Below are positions 21,603 to 33,024 of a stretch of DNA of 64,000 nt, one piece after another. The stretch is from Phyllosticta citribraziliensis (lineage: Eukaryota), in the NCBI RefSeq assembly GCF_038025025.1, contig NW_027117341.1, forward strand, positions 2,170,001-2,234,000, in the 5' to 3' direction. Every line of letters begins with the position of its first letter. Positions within the stretch are counted from its first letter, which is position 1. Both the position numbers and the translations under genes were made by a program. The notes under the pieces were generated by a model. That model did no database searches. It saw only the letters and a program-made list of their open reading frames with translations, and was not told where the DNA came from.

Positions 21603-23801
21603 ATGGCCAACAAGGTTGTCCGGCTGCTGGTCTTTTACCTCGCTCTGGCGAGCGCTGGTCCGATCCCAGATCGACATCACCACCCTCACGGCCACAACAT
21701 TGTCGACGTCGCTCCTCCACATGGTCATGGCCATGGCCATGGTCCAGGTCACGGACCACTCGTTCCTCGAGACGAACCTGCACCTGCGGAGCCTCCCCCA
21801 GCCGACCCTCCCGCCCCAGCTGATTCTCCTGCACCAGCTGATCCCGCTGTCCCGGCACCCTTGAATCCTGTATCCGCTGCTCCAAACGCCACCAATGATG
21901 CCACAAAGCAAGACATTGATGATGGTGTTGACGACGGCGGCGACGAATATATAGACGATGGCGAGGATGATGGGACTGACCTCGAGGCAAGTAATACCAA
22001 CACCAACGGTACCGACCTGGACGCGAGCACTGCCAACACCAACGGCACAAACGATATCAACGCCGTCTGGTTCAAAAAGGGCAAGTTTGGCAAAAAGATG
22101 TTCGGCAAGAAGAAGGGCTTTGGCAAGAAGATGTTTGGCAAGAAGATGTTTGGCAAGAAAAAAGGCTTCGGCATGGGTTATGGCGGCGGCGGCGGCGGCT
22201 ACGGCAAAGGCTACGGTAAAGGATACGGCGGCTTCAAAGGCGAGGCGGAGTACGACATCAGAGGACCGCAAATCGAATACGGCAAAGGCTACGGCGGCGG
22301 CGGATACCGCGACCGCATTGAGATGCCAAAGGGCGGCTATGGGCCCGGTGGTAACTATGGCGGCGGCGACATCAACCTGGACATTGAGCTTGGCGGCGAC
22401 CGCTACACGAGCCAAGGCGGCGGCTCCAAGTGCGAGTCGTGCGAGGCCAAGGGCGGCTACAATGCTGGCTACAACGCAGGCTACAGAGAGAATCGACGAA
22501 TTGGCGGCGGGGGCAGCATTGGAGGAGGAGGAGGAGGAGGGTACCGCGCAGACCGCCGCGAAGGGTACAACAACAATCGCGAAGGGAATAACAACAATCG
22601 CGAAGGGTACAACAACCGCGAGTACAACAACAATCGAGAGGGAGAGGGCGAATCCAACAGAGGTGAGGACTGGCGTCCTGCGATTGAGGACCGCACAGGT
22701 GCCCCTGGACAAAAAGTCCGTCGACGTTCCCCCTCGGCTGAAACGAGTCTACTAGATGTGCGCCAACCCGTCCAGGAACGGCCCGCCCCTGCCCCTCGAC
22801 CTGCCCCGGAAGTCCAACCTGCCCCACAGCCGCAGCGCCCTGCTGCCCCAGAAGTTCGCCCTGCGCCTGAGATTGTTCCTGTTCCGGTCATTGTCCGACC
22901 GGCCCCTGAGGTCCAGCCTGCTCCCCGACCTGAGCAGCCGGCTCCGAAACCCGCCCCTGAGCAACCCGCCCCTGAGCAACCCGCCCCCAGACCTGCTCCA
23001 GTTCCCGAACAGCCTGCTCCAGAGGTTCGTCCCGCTCCTGCTCCCGTCCAACCCGCTCCGGAAGTCCGCCCTGCTCCTGAACAAGGGGGTTATCGGGCGG
23101 ACCAAAAGGAAGGAGCTGGTGCTGGTGGAGAGGGCGCTGGCAGTGGAGGAGCATGGGCAGGTATCGGTTTAGGAGCAGGCGCAGGAATTGGAGGCTATGG
23201 CGAAGGGCAGGGACGGTCATGCAGCGGCTCATCATGTCGTCAGATCCAATATGCTCCGTCCGCGCCAGGTGGCTGCGGCGGCGAAGGCTGTCAAGCACAA
23301 AAGGCCCCCTCCGCCCCATCAGCTCCGAATGGTCCATCTGGGGGGTCCGGGGGATCCGGAGGAAATGCAGGCTCTGGGGGGAACGCGGGCTCTGGAGGAA
23401 ATGCTGGCTCTGGAGGAAATGCTGGGGCAGGAGGCTCCGCCGGGGCTGGAGGGTCTGGTGGGAACGCAGGGGCTGGAGGACATGCGGGGGCCGGAGGAAA
23501 TGCTGGGGCAGGAGGTTCTGCCGGGGCTGGAGGAAATGCTGGGGCTGGAGGCTCTGGTGGGAGCGGCGGCTCCGCTGGGGGTGGAGGCTCTGGTGGGAAC
23601 GCTGGCGCCGGAGGGAAAGGCGGATCGGGCGGTGCAGGAAATGGAGCACCAGGGGGACCAGGGGGGCCCGGAGGGCCATGCCAGCGCGGTCCGAATGGCG
23701 AGCCATGTACGCCGGGAAAGCCAGGGGAAAACGGAGCACCAGGGGGCGGCGGCGGGGGCGCAGGCGGGGCTGGTTCTGCTTGGAAGCCGCCGAAGTTGTA
23801 G
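21603..23801 (+). CDS. Secreted modular low-complexity repeat protein (His-, Lys/Phe/Gly-, Tyr/Gly-, Pro/Ala- and Gly/Ala-rich blocks; collagen-like tail)
   Basis: 732-aa ORF. Signal peptide MANKVVRLLVFYLALASA; HGHGHG; KKMFG/KKGFG repeats; GYGK; REG(Y/N)NNN; PAPEV/PAPEQ; GGNAG(S/A); Gly-X-Y tail. TATAAA at about 21462. Confidence 0.85.
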   Translation: MANKVVRLLVFYLALASAGPIPDRHHHPHGHNIVDVAPPHGHGHGHGPGHGPLVPRDEPAPAEPPPADPPAPADSPAPADPAVPAPLNPVSAAPNATNDATKQDIDDGVDDGGDEYIDDGEDDGTDLEASNTNTNGTDLDASTANTNGTNDINAVWFKKGKFGKKMFGKKKGFGKKMFGKKMFGKKKGFGMGYGGGGGGYGKGYGKGYGGFKGEAEYDIRGPQIEYGKGYGGGGYRDRIEMPKGGYGPGGNYGGGDINLDIELGGDRYTSQGGGSKCESCEAKGGYNAGYNAGYRENRRIGGGGSIGGGGGGGYRADRREGYNNNREGNNNNREGYNNREYNNNREGEGESNRGEDWRPAIEDRTGAPGQKVRRRSPSAETSLLDVRQPVQERPAPAPRPAPEVQPAPQPQRPAAPEVRPAPEIVPVPVIVRPAPEVQPAPRPEQPAPKPAPEQPAPEQPAPRPAPVPEQPAPEVRPAPAPVQPAPEVRPAPEQGGYRADQKEGAGAGGEGAGSGGAWAGIGLGAGAGIGGYGEGQGRSCSGSSCRQIQYAPSAPGGCGGEGCQAQKAPSAPSAPNGPSGGSGGSGGNAGSGGNAGSGGNAGSGGNAGAGGSAGAGGSGGNAGAGGHAGAGGNAGAGGSAGAGGNAGAGGSGGSGGSAGGGGSGGNAGAGGKGGSGGAGNGAPGGPGGPGGPCQRGPNGEPCTPGKPGENGAPGGGGGGAGGAGSAWKPPKL

Positions 23802-24218
23802 AAATGATCAGCATTATATAGCGTTAGGTACTTCTTGGTCTTGTCTTTAATATCCTTCAATCAAGGCTTTCTCTTCACTGGGTTGGATTCGAAGTGTGTT
23901 GGATGCTCCCTAGAACCAGTGGGTGAATTCGTCACTGATACTGAATAAAAGGTGGAGTTACAGCGACGTACTGATTCGTAGCACAGGTTGGTAAAGTCTT
24001 TTCGTCTGGCATTGGCAGACGAATTGAATATGCGCTGCTCGAAGATGTCCCTTCGTTGTCTCGAGGTTCTCTAAGTACACCCCTTGATCTTTGCTACCAT
24101 TCTGTGCCTCAACTCCTCGTCACAATCCAGCATTGCTTTAAATCTTTCGCAACTACCGCATCTACAGGATCAGCCAGCCATCGCGTCTCTCAGTAGCGCC
24201 AGACTGTTATTACTTGAC

Positions 24219-26126
24219 TCAACTCACGGAGTAGTAATTTTGAATCTTATGAGCCGCCGGAGGAACACTGTCATTGATGTGGTCGTCGTGATCCTGCTGG
24301 TCGTAGAATGTCAAGCCACAACTGCACACCCAGGCCTCCGCAACAACTGGAGGGAACTGAGCTTCATTGCAGTCGTCAAGATGGTCTTGGAACGCTTGGA
24401 ATCCGGCCTCAAGCGACTCTGAACAGTAGCCGCAAGCTGGAGCAACTGTCTTCTCCTTCTTCTTTCCCTTGTCTGCCCCTTTCATCGGAACATTCCAGTC
24501 GGGGCTCGTCCTGTCAAAGTAGCTGACCATGCGCAAAATGGCGTCGTGATTGTGGACTTTGTACTTCTTCGCGAGATGCATGAATCGGGCCAGTGGGACC
24601 CAGGACCATCCATATCCTGGATTCTCCAATAAGCGTTCCTGCTTTATGGCATACTGTGCCTTGGCAAGAAGCTCTTTGTTGCTTGCCAGCGGTTCCAGCT
24701 TTGTCAGAGCGTGCGCGTTGGCCCAATCGTCGCTTTTGCGGATCTTGAACAGCTTCCAATTCTCGTTCTTCTTCTCAATGTGGACGAATTCCTTGCACTC
24801 GCGCACATCGAGGCCATCACGGTATCGAGCATGCCAGTAGTTACGCTTGTGTTCATAGGATCCAGATTCTTTCGGCTGCAAATTCATTAGTATTTGTAAA
24901 GAAACCCGTGCATTCAAGTAGACTTACCTCGATACCCCACGAATCCGAAGAGTCTTCAGAGCCACTGCTCGATGTTGAAGGAGCGCGCATTCTCTTGGTT
25001 CCACGTGCTGGCTCTCGCCGAGAAGTTGCACTACTAGAAGTGCCGGGGCCCGCATTGCCCATGAAGGTACTCATGCTTCTAGTGACACGGCTGCTCGCTT
25101 GCGGCATGGTTTTTTTTTTCACGGGAGCGTCGAGCTGGAGGCTGCTTTATCGAGGCTGCTGGGCTTTCTGAGGCCGATACTCTGGCCCGATCTCTGGAGC
25201 TCAGAACTCTTTCCCCGTCATGGCGTGTGGAAGAATCTTTCTCAACTGATGACCGGCTGAACTCGCGATCTACTGTGCTCTGATGAGCTGCCTCGCCAAA
25301 CTTGGAAATCAGATCATCCTCCAGAGTGGGAATCGCAGAATCCTCGTCGTTGAAGGCATTGCGTAGAGAGGCTCGGAAAATTGGCTTCAAAGCACCGCTG
25401 GCTTTCAACGCGGTGTCTTGGGTACCCGACTTGGCTGATGTCTCACGCTCATCTTGCGTGGGCGAGACAGAGACTTCAAAACCGCCAATCCTGCGAAGCA
25501 ACTTGCGAGGGCGCGAGGAGGATGGCGAGTCTTCAGCAGCTGGCATTCCAATGCCCATGGCATCCGGGTTGCTTGTGTCGTTGGAAGCAGAAGGCACTCG
25601 CTGCGCAATGCTCTTATGTTTGGCCCGTGATGCTGCGCCTAGACTCGGTTTGGAGCTCCTCAAAGCTTCCAACGCCTTTGAAGTTTCTATCACTTTTGCC
25701 ATTGCATCTTCGAAGCCCTTTTCGTAACCGTTCTCATACCCCATCTTGTATTGTCTTGCTATGAGGCAGGCAAGTTCTTCATTCGAGCGAGCCATCGTGG
25801 CTTGCTCGCGCTCAGGCGTGGATGGCCAAGTGACGTGATTCAGCTCCTTCAGGCGGCGCGCTGCCTCGTGAGAAATCTGGCGCGAGGTCCTCGTTGAATC
25901 GATGTCTTTGAAGCTCGGAATGCGAAACCCACGATCGCGCGACTGTTCCAAGAGCCATTCGGCAGCCTGATCGCGACTTTTGAAGATTTTCGGACGATCG
26001 CTGGGAGAGACGATGGCGAAGGCCGCGGCCCTGCGCGCCCAATCAACCACCTCGTCTGCAATCACGATCAGTGAGAAGAGCTTGCAAAAAGAGTGAGCTT
26101 GAAGTTTTACCAGGGTTCAAGCTCAT
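24219..26126 (-). CDS. Gene A: N-terminal helical domain + GYxxGYxxG + KilA-N/APSES-like domain + two Zn-finger-like motifs; apparent frameshift at an A10 run
   Basis: ATG at 26126; introns 26056..26110 and 24876..24927. Motifs KMGYENGYEKGFEDA, KIRKSDDWANAHAL...WSWVPLARFMHLAKKYKV, CGYC..H..C and CSC..H..H. Removing one base from T10 (25110-25119) fuses ORFs 25079..26065 and 24853..25122. Confidence 0.65.
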
Positions 26127-26455
26127 CGTGGTCGATCGCCGTGGCGGAAATTCGTGCTAGAGACAAAACAAGAGAGCAGAGCCAGGCTCGAGGAGCGACA
26201 GGCTGCACGGGAGACTGCAAGCAAAGCGAAAGGTCTTGTTCGCTATGTGAAAGCGCACGAAGTGAGGTGAGGTAGAAGAGGAGGCCGTCGTTGGTGGTAT
26301 GAAGGTCTGAAGGTTGGAAGATCATCACTGGTGATTTTGCGACAACTGAGCCGACATCAAAAACACGCAAGACAGGCCCCCCCATCGAAAATCGGACACA
26401 GCGAGCGCACCGGAAGTACCTGCTCCGCCCAGAACCAGCGGGAGAAGTCGAGGGG

Positions 26456-26940
26456 TCGATTGAGGAATCGAGACGTCGAATTGCGACTTGAAGGCATTTT
26501 TTCCTCGCCTCATTCGCACTGCCTAGCGGCTTTTCGTCTGCCATTGCCAGACGTAATCCGTCCTTCTGAGAGGAACACCGAGAAAGCGGCCAATGCGACG
26601 GCTGTCCCGCCTCGTAAAACTCCCCATCATTCAAGGACAAGTCGCGAGAGCAACGCGCCACGACTGGAAGGCATTTTTTGTCTCGCCTTTTGCGCCAGCC
26701 GACTCGATCGAGGGAATCACTCGTCACGCTCAAACGTCCCTCTCCCCCCGATTGAAGACCATTCCCGTCGCGTCTAAAGGCTCCTCGATTGAAGACGTTT
26801 CCCATCACCTCCAAAGTCGCGCCCATTGAAGGCATTGCTCGTCACCCCTCCAGGGTGCTCCGCTTGAAGGGTTTTCCTCAGCAAATGGAACGCCTCGATT
26901 GAAGGTATTCCTCGGTCCCGCACTTGAAGCCATTTTTGAA
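26456..26940 (+). promoter_or_regulatory. Cluster of about 9 copies of a (C)GA(T/C)TGAAGGCATT-like motif in the divergent A/B promoter
   Basis: Copies near 26456, 26484, 26661, 26749, 26786, 26823, 26861, 26896 and 26921, all in the same orientation. Confidence 0.55.
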
Positions 26941-27106
26941 AAGCCAGTCTTTTCGTCTGGCACTGCCAGACGTATTCAACCCTGTACTCGGGCCGCGCGG
27001 TTCGCATTCTTTGAATCGATCTGCCTCCAGCACATTACCACCAGGCTTTCTTCGTCCGCAGACCTGGTCCCAGCTTCTCTTGAGCGGATCATCGTGCACA
27101 ACAGCC

Positions 27107-28053
27107 ATGTCTGCCCTCGTCAGGCTTATGGACGATGAGGACGTTGCCAGTAAGCTTGAACCACCTCCATTTCCGTTCAAATGGCTGATTTCTCAAGGAC
27201 TCGACCCAGACCTCTACGAAAAGCTTCAGAGAGGTTTCCAGGAAATCTACACAGAAGGATATGAGTACGGCAAGCGGGTTGGGCTCGAAGAGCGCGTTGA
27301 GATCCACGAGGGCCAAGAGATTGAAGCGAGCAGTGCCGACATCATGGTCCCCATACGTCCAACACACACCGCGTCGGGCTCTCGCATGGAACTGGGATTG
27401 GAGAACACCTCTCTGTTCGTGCCTCGACAGGAATCAAAGGCGCCGTCGGCGCGAAACCAGACCTCCAGAGAAGTAGAGGACGATCCACCCGACGATGACC
27501 AAATCGGATTCGGAGGCGGTTCTGAAGACGACTTTGATCTCGTTGGCCAATCCACTAGCGGGGATGCCATGTTGGGCGAGGACGATATGGACCTCGTACG
27601 TTGGTCGATCTTTTGACCCAAGGTTTACTTACAAGAAACTAGCCCCAAAAAGAGCCGTTCCGCAAGCACAAGAAGCTGTATTACATCAGCAAATTTCCCG
27701 GAGACATCGAGATTAAAGACGCCGATGACTTCATCACGTTGTTCGGCCCTCACTTGGCGAAGAAAGACAAGTTCTTCAAAGTCAGAAGGAGTGATTTCTG
27801 GGGAAACGGACAGGCGTTGACGCATCTGACACCTTTCAGAGGCAACCAAGAGCGAAAGAACAGCCTTTATACGTTTTTAAGACAGGGAGAGCACCAGGAA
27901 GTCAATCAAGGGTGGTTCTACGTGCCGTTGGACCACTTCAAGAAGGCAGCTCAGAAGTTTGGAGTGTTCGACCAGGTCAAGGTGCTGATCGAATATGCAG
28001 AGAGAGAAAAGGGAGACACAGACGACCAGATGATGGAAGATCCGGGATACTAG
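27107..28053 (+). CDS. Gene B: GYxxG motif + acidic linker + KilA-N/APSES-like domain
   Basis: ATG at 27107 (MSALVRL); introns 27150..27197 and 27596..27642. Motifs IYTEGYEYG and FKVRRSDFWGNGQAL...HQEVNQGWFYVPLDHFKKAAQKFGVFDQVKVL, resembling the APSES pattern RRxDxWxNAT..WVPL..LAxxYGV. Confidence 0.7.
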
Positions 28054-28615
28054 GAGATGGTCGCGGAGCGTTGTCTTATTACCTCAATCGAAGTTTCCTT
28101 GTGCGCGAAACGCGCTACCCTTAAAGCGTTAGCTTCACACGTGACCGCGCGTCGGTCGGATCGGGATCGGATCTGATGACGACATTCTCCCTCTGAGCAG
28201 ACCTAGGAAATCCCAAAACTCACCCTCGACGTCCCTCCTCTTGCGCTCATATGTCCCAGCGCTTTCGCCGATTGGAGTGCTTGTGGTGCTCTGCTCACAT
28301 ACATCACCAGCTGGCGGTGGCCTGCCATGTCTGCGTACGTCTTCAAATTCCTTCACTCCGCTTCTTTTCAACTGGCCTGAATCCTCTCGTCCCCAAAATC
28401 CCTTCAATGGAGCGCATCCTCGAATTCCTTTCATTGAGTGCATCCTCGAGTCCCTCCAATTTAGCGCATCCTTCGATCCCTTCGATTGAGCTCGTCATGA
28501 ATTGCCTTCGATCGAAATCTTGAGCTGACCTTTCCGCAGGCGATTTCAGCAGGATAACGCAGATGCAGCAGATGCAGCACATCATAGCCTCCCCTTCAGA
28601 TCCCAGCTCTGCCAA

Positions 28616-30552
28616 ATGTCCGTGGAAGAAATCGTGAAGAGGCATGGCGCAAGCTTCACAGAATGGGTTCGTTCCTTCGAGAAATGAAGCACAGCAGCTT
28701 GGATTGACAACTCGCGCAGTGGAGGCACGTTACTTTTGAGCACCCCGTCCCTTTCGTCGGCATTCCGCCAACAACACAACTTTCTTCCGGCTGGCAGGAG
28801 CTGTATGAGAGTTTTTCGCAGCGTCGGAAGCACAAAGGGCATCCAAAGGAGGGACAAATCGAAACGCCGAAACCTCTGGCATTCGATCCCTGTCAGAAGC
28901 GCTCGTACAGACCCACACATCTTTCGTCCATCAATCATGGCCAAGCAGTCCAACAAGTCGCCGCTCAAATCTACAGTCTGGGCATAGGCACAGCAATAGA
29001 ATCCGGTCCATCATACAAAGAGATGTTAAATTGTTTGGCTATAGCCTGCCTGTCCATTTCGAATGCATCGACAGAGATCAAAAGCGTCGTTCCTGTGCGC
29101 ATAGGATTTGATTACCACGAGCCGTATTTCAAAGCGCCAATACATCCTGCTGTACTCATCAAAACTGCAACTTCTGAGCTGTTATTACCTGTAACAATGT
29201 ACATGTACGGATCTGCGGAGCCTGGACTTGATGCCGAAAAGAGAAAAGGCTGGTCCATCGAAAGCAAGAAATTCAGCACCACACACACGAACACGGCGAT
29301 GTCAGTGGCGAGAAAGTTTTACTCGGTCCCGAACTTACGAATACAAGATGTCATGATGCTATCAAATGCCGAAAACGAGCAGCAAGGCTGGAAGCCCCGT
29401 AGATATGCTGACATTTGGGGCATCAACATGAATTCAGATGCCTATTTATTCAAAAAATCGAAGACAGCAATACACGAAGACATGAATGACATGACAGCAA
29501 TTTTTTCCAGCATTCCAGAACTTACCAAAGAGCTTCTGAGGGTTTCTCCCACATTTACAAGTCGTTTATCGGGCGAAATCCAGCCATTCCAATTGCTCCG
29601 CGTGTTCGAATTCTCTCTGACGGCCAGACATGGTGCCCGGCTCAGGAAATCGAAAAGCTCCCAGAAATGCAATGGCAGAAAGACCTGTGCTCTTTTTGCG
29701 GATTGTCACCTACTGCGTGTTGACGGTGCCAGATACTGTGTACACCACATTAAAACGATCATGATTGTTGGTGACAAGTTCCACTACGGTGCTGGAGAGG
29801 ACAATGGACGCCTGGAATGGCGCATAGCGCAGTACCTGAAGACCGAAAGCGCAAGGAAAGCCGCCCGTTGGCTGTGTGATCGGATTTCAAACCGCACCAA
29901 GGAAGTCTGGATCGTTGATATTGAGTTCCATCGACCACCACATGCCTTCAACTGCGCCGCTCTACCGTGGGAGATGGCCATCTGCTGTCTCCATTCTGGG
30001 AGAACACTTCTGTCGACGAACATAGATTACGGAGGGATGAGCGCACAAGAAGTGTGGACAAGTCTCTACGGCGCAAGAAGCGACAACGGCTGGATTACCT
30101 TTCAGTCTTTCCGCAGCACCTTCACGCGCAGATATGGCGAGACGAAGACGAATGGCCTGGCTCCAAGCACAATCCGGCAGAGGTTGCTCGGTCTGGGCTT
30201 TTCATACGCAACTCACGAATTGATCTCCTACTGCTCCATCGAAGACATGCATGCCATGAAGAGAGTTCTCGACGGGCGAGACGACGTTCACGCTCCATTA
30301 TTATTTCGAAATGCATTACCACCTCGAATTTTCCAGCCAGTTTCGATTTTTGAGCTCGCCAAATGCATGTGCCCGAGAATGTCGCTCACTTTGAAAGAAC
30401 TTTACACGAGACTTTTTCCTGATTCTACGCCTTTACAATTCCATTCTGCCGCAATAGACGCATGGGCACTTCGAGAGATAAGTATGAAATTCAACGATGT
30501 ATTACTTTCAGGGGGAACTTGGTGGTTGGGTGGGCTGAATATAGGTCTCTAG
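28616..30552 (+). CDS. Protein with a C-terminal DEDDh (DnaQ-like) 3'-5' exonuclease domain and a Cys/His cluster; 5' end uncertain
   Basis: Exo I WIVDIEF, Exo II SIEDMHAM, Exo III FHSAAIDAWAL; C..C..C..CVHH upstream. The frame of ORF 29023 is open back to 28720, preceded by an intron-like 28667..28719 and an in-frame ATG at 28616. Confidence 0.75.
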
Positions 30553-30576
30553 CATGTTTTCAATCCAGGTTCATTC

Positions 30577-31297
30577 TCACCTAGCCTCCTTCTTGAAAGC
30601 AGGAGCAAGGTTGGGTTCCCCGCTCTTCTGATCAATCCTTTCGTGAGTAACTACCTCGAGTCAGCGACGAAACTGGGTAATATCGCTGGGTCTCCGGAAT
30701 CAAGAGGTACTGCACATACATACCACGGCCGGAGCGGCTGGATGCCTGCAGAGCTTGGATATTTTCCACCGCTCGAGCGTATCCATCCTCGAAGCCTTTG
30801 TTATATCCGCTCTTGAATTGACCTGCCATGTGGCGGAGTAGATTGCCGTCCACGCTAGCTGAGGCCTGATTTGACGGGCCAGCCACCTGGACCGCCTGGC
30901 TTTGAAGCCTAGGAGCATCCACGGACTGCTGGGGCTCTGTCGTGTTCTGCAATGTGATGAGTCCGGACTTCTTGAGGTCGCTGGCAGCCCAGCGCAAGAT
31001 TGACTGCTGGCATCTGTTCGAATCCCAGCTCTCAAAGGTCGGGAGGTGGAATTCCAACTTGATCAGACTATCCATGAGCCATGTGACAGCGTGGTCGAGG
31101 TCGTCAAACTTCTTGGGGAGTTCTGCGTTTGGCACCTTGATGACATCCTGGATTCTGCGGCTCCATGTCGTCACTGTCTCTGTAGTTGCAGGTGTCAGTC
31201 ATCGGCGGTTTCAATCGACTGTGCTCAAAGTATTACCAAGGTTAAAGTTCTGGAATTCCTGAACGCTGGGCATCTTCTGCTCCATGTTCGAACTCAT
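30577..31297 (-). CDS. Gene A': short paralog of gene A (N-terminal domain + GYxxGFxxGY only; no KilA-N-like domain)
   Basis: ATG at 31297. Intron 31180..31236 has the same position and phase as intron 1 of gene A (NL|E vs NP|D); second intron 30651..30723. WSRR..PKKF..AVTWL..F.LPTF..D.NR matches WARR..PKIF..AAEWL..F.IPSF..D.TR. Contains FKSGYNKGFEDGY. Confidence 0.7.
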
Positions 31298-31902
31298 GAT
31301 AATCTCAAGAGACTTTCCGCAGTGGTGAGAGGGTGTTTGCAAAGACAGCTATCCACAAGGTTAACTCATTACTCGGCCTGGAAGCTTAGTCTTAAACCTA
31401 CCGCTTGAGGTGACTGAGGCCGGTCGACAAGACAGGAACCTTCAGGGACAACACTGGAAGCTTCCCTTTCCGCGAAGGGAAGAGAAGCTTGAAGTTTCGA
31501 GGCCTCGACCGAAGCAGACGCGCGTGTTTGCACCAGGCCGAAGCGCGAACGGATTGCGTTGTTGCAGGCCTGCACTGAGTGGCCACAGAGGACTTTGTTT
31601 GTGAAAAGTCGGCCGAGCCACAAAGTAAGAACCCTCATCGCCTGAAGGTTGAATCAAAAAGACGGTGTTTTATCAATAGGCGCAATGTGCGCCCAAACAT
31701 CGATCACACACGTGACGAAGCACCGCTGCCGGCGTGCGCGTGGCGGACCTTCCGCTCTCAGCGGATCTCATGTTGTCCTTCGTCGTCCCCCCAACGCCCA
31801 TGGCTCAGTACGTCCAACCTCCCGCAGACATTATTAGTCGGGCTGCCTTTCCTCGTCTCTTGAACTGTCCTGGACCATTCTGCCCATTTCAACATCGTGG
31901 CC

Positions 31903-32699
31903 ATGTCTGCTCTACTGGATCTCACGCACTGGATTGAAAACACTGATGGTACGTTCAAAGCAGCCCCAAGCCTGCCAGAAAGAACTGACTGTGACAGGGA
32001 TACCCGAATGCGTGCGCAGCGAACTGCATGCCCGAATCCTAGCCGTGTACAAAGAGGGATATGCCGACGGCCACGAAGTAGCCATCGGCGAAGGGTCCAC
32101 CCAGAGCAACAAATCATATTCTGAGTGCAGCAAAGCCAATAAGGATGCTCGAGGTTCTGGAGATAAGCGCCAGCGACTTGAAGTGGAGTCTTCAGGTCGA
32201 GAAGGGGACATGGAAGATAACACTGTGAAAGGCGCTGAGTACATGGACACCTGGATTGTGGTATGCCAGTGGATATGTTTTCCTTTCAAACAAGCTGACA
32301 TCATTGTGACTTGAGGCAACGGATTCCTGCATCAAATTGAGATGTCGACGTGGCCACAGCCAAGGACAAATTGGCCAGGAATTCGACCTCGGCGAAGTCA
32401 GGACGTGCGACTTCTATGCCGACGGAATGTTGCTCATCCAGCTCATCCATTTATGGCACATCGACTCTGACAAAAAGCTTGAAAACCAGCTCAGGGCTCG
32501 GTTGATGAGTTCCGATCACAAATACACGGACGACGGCCGCATTTGGGTGCCGCTTTTCAGCTACAAGAGAGTTGCGCAAAGTTTTGGCGTCTATGATCCA
32601 GTCGAACGTCTTGTTGAATGCGCAGAGGGGAAAAAGAATTTGGTTGAAGCCTTGGCGGAGGTAGATCGAGCCATCGCTCTCCGTGGTCTGCGTCCATGA
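31903..32699 (+). CDS. Gene B': paralog of gene B (GYxxG + KilA-N/APSES-like domain)
   Basis: ATG at 31903 (MSALLDL); introns 31949..31997 and 32261..32315 have the same phases as in gene B. Motifs VYKEGYADG and EVRTCDFYADG...IWVPLFSYKRVAQSFGVYDPVERLVECAE. Confidence 0.7.
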
Positions 32700-33024
32700 A
32701 TAATGTCAGTGGCGAATAGGCTTTTGCGACGTGGGACAGGAAGTGGACGTACACTGGGCTTTCCATCATTAAGGACGAGGCGAATTAGTCTTCCTCAGCC
32801 CAAGACATCTTGACAGAATTCCTCTCTTTTCTCGCGTTGCTGCTGTGTGATGCGATGTCATTGACGCCCAAGGACTGCAGCGACAGAGGGAGACAGCAGA
32901 GCAGCAAAGAAACAGCACCGAGCAACAGCGAGAGCAATCAACAGGAAAACCACAAATCATTAGACGATTCAAGCCGCTCGAACAAACCACCGACAAAAGG
33001 ACTTTTCAAACACAGCCACCACGC

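Noticed and set aside
21561..23860. Long antisense and alternate-frame ORFs over the repeat protein
   Set aside because: Shadows of a GC-rich repetitive coding sequence.
24219..32699. Starship or other transposon assignment for the KilA-N module
   Set aside because: No tyrosine recombinase (DUF3435), transposase, terminal repeats or target-site duplications seen in the window.
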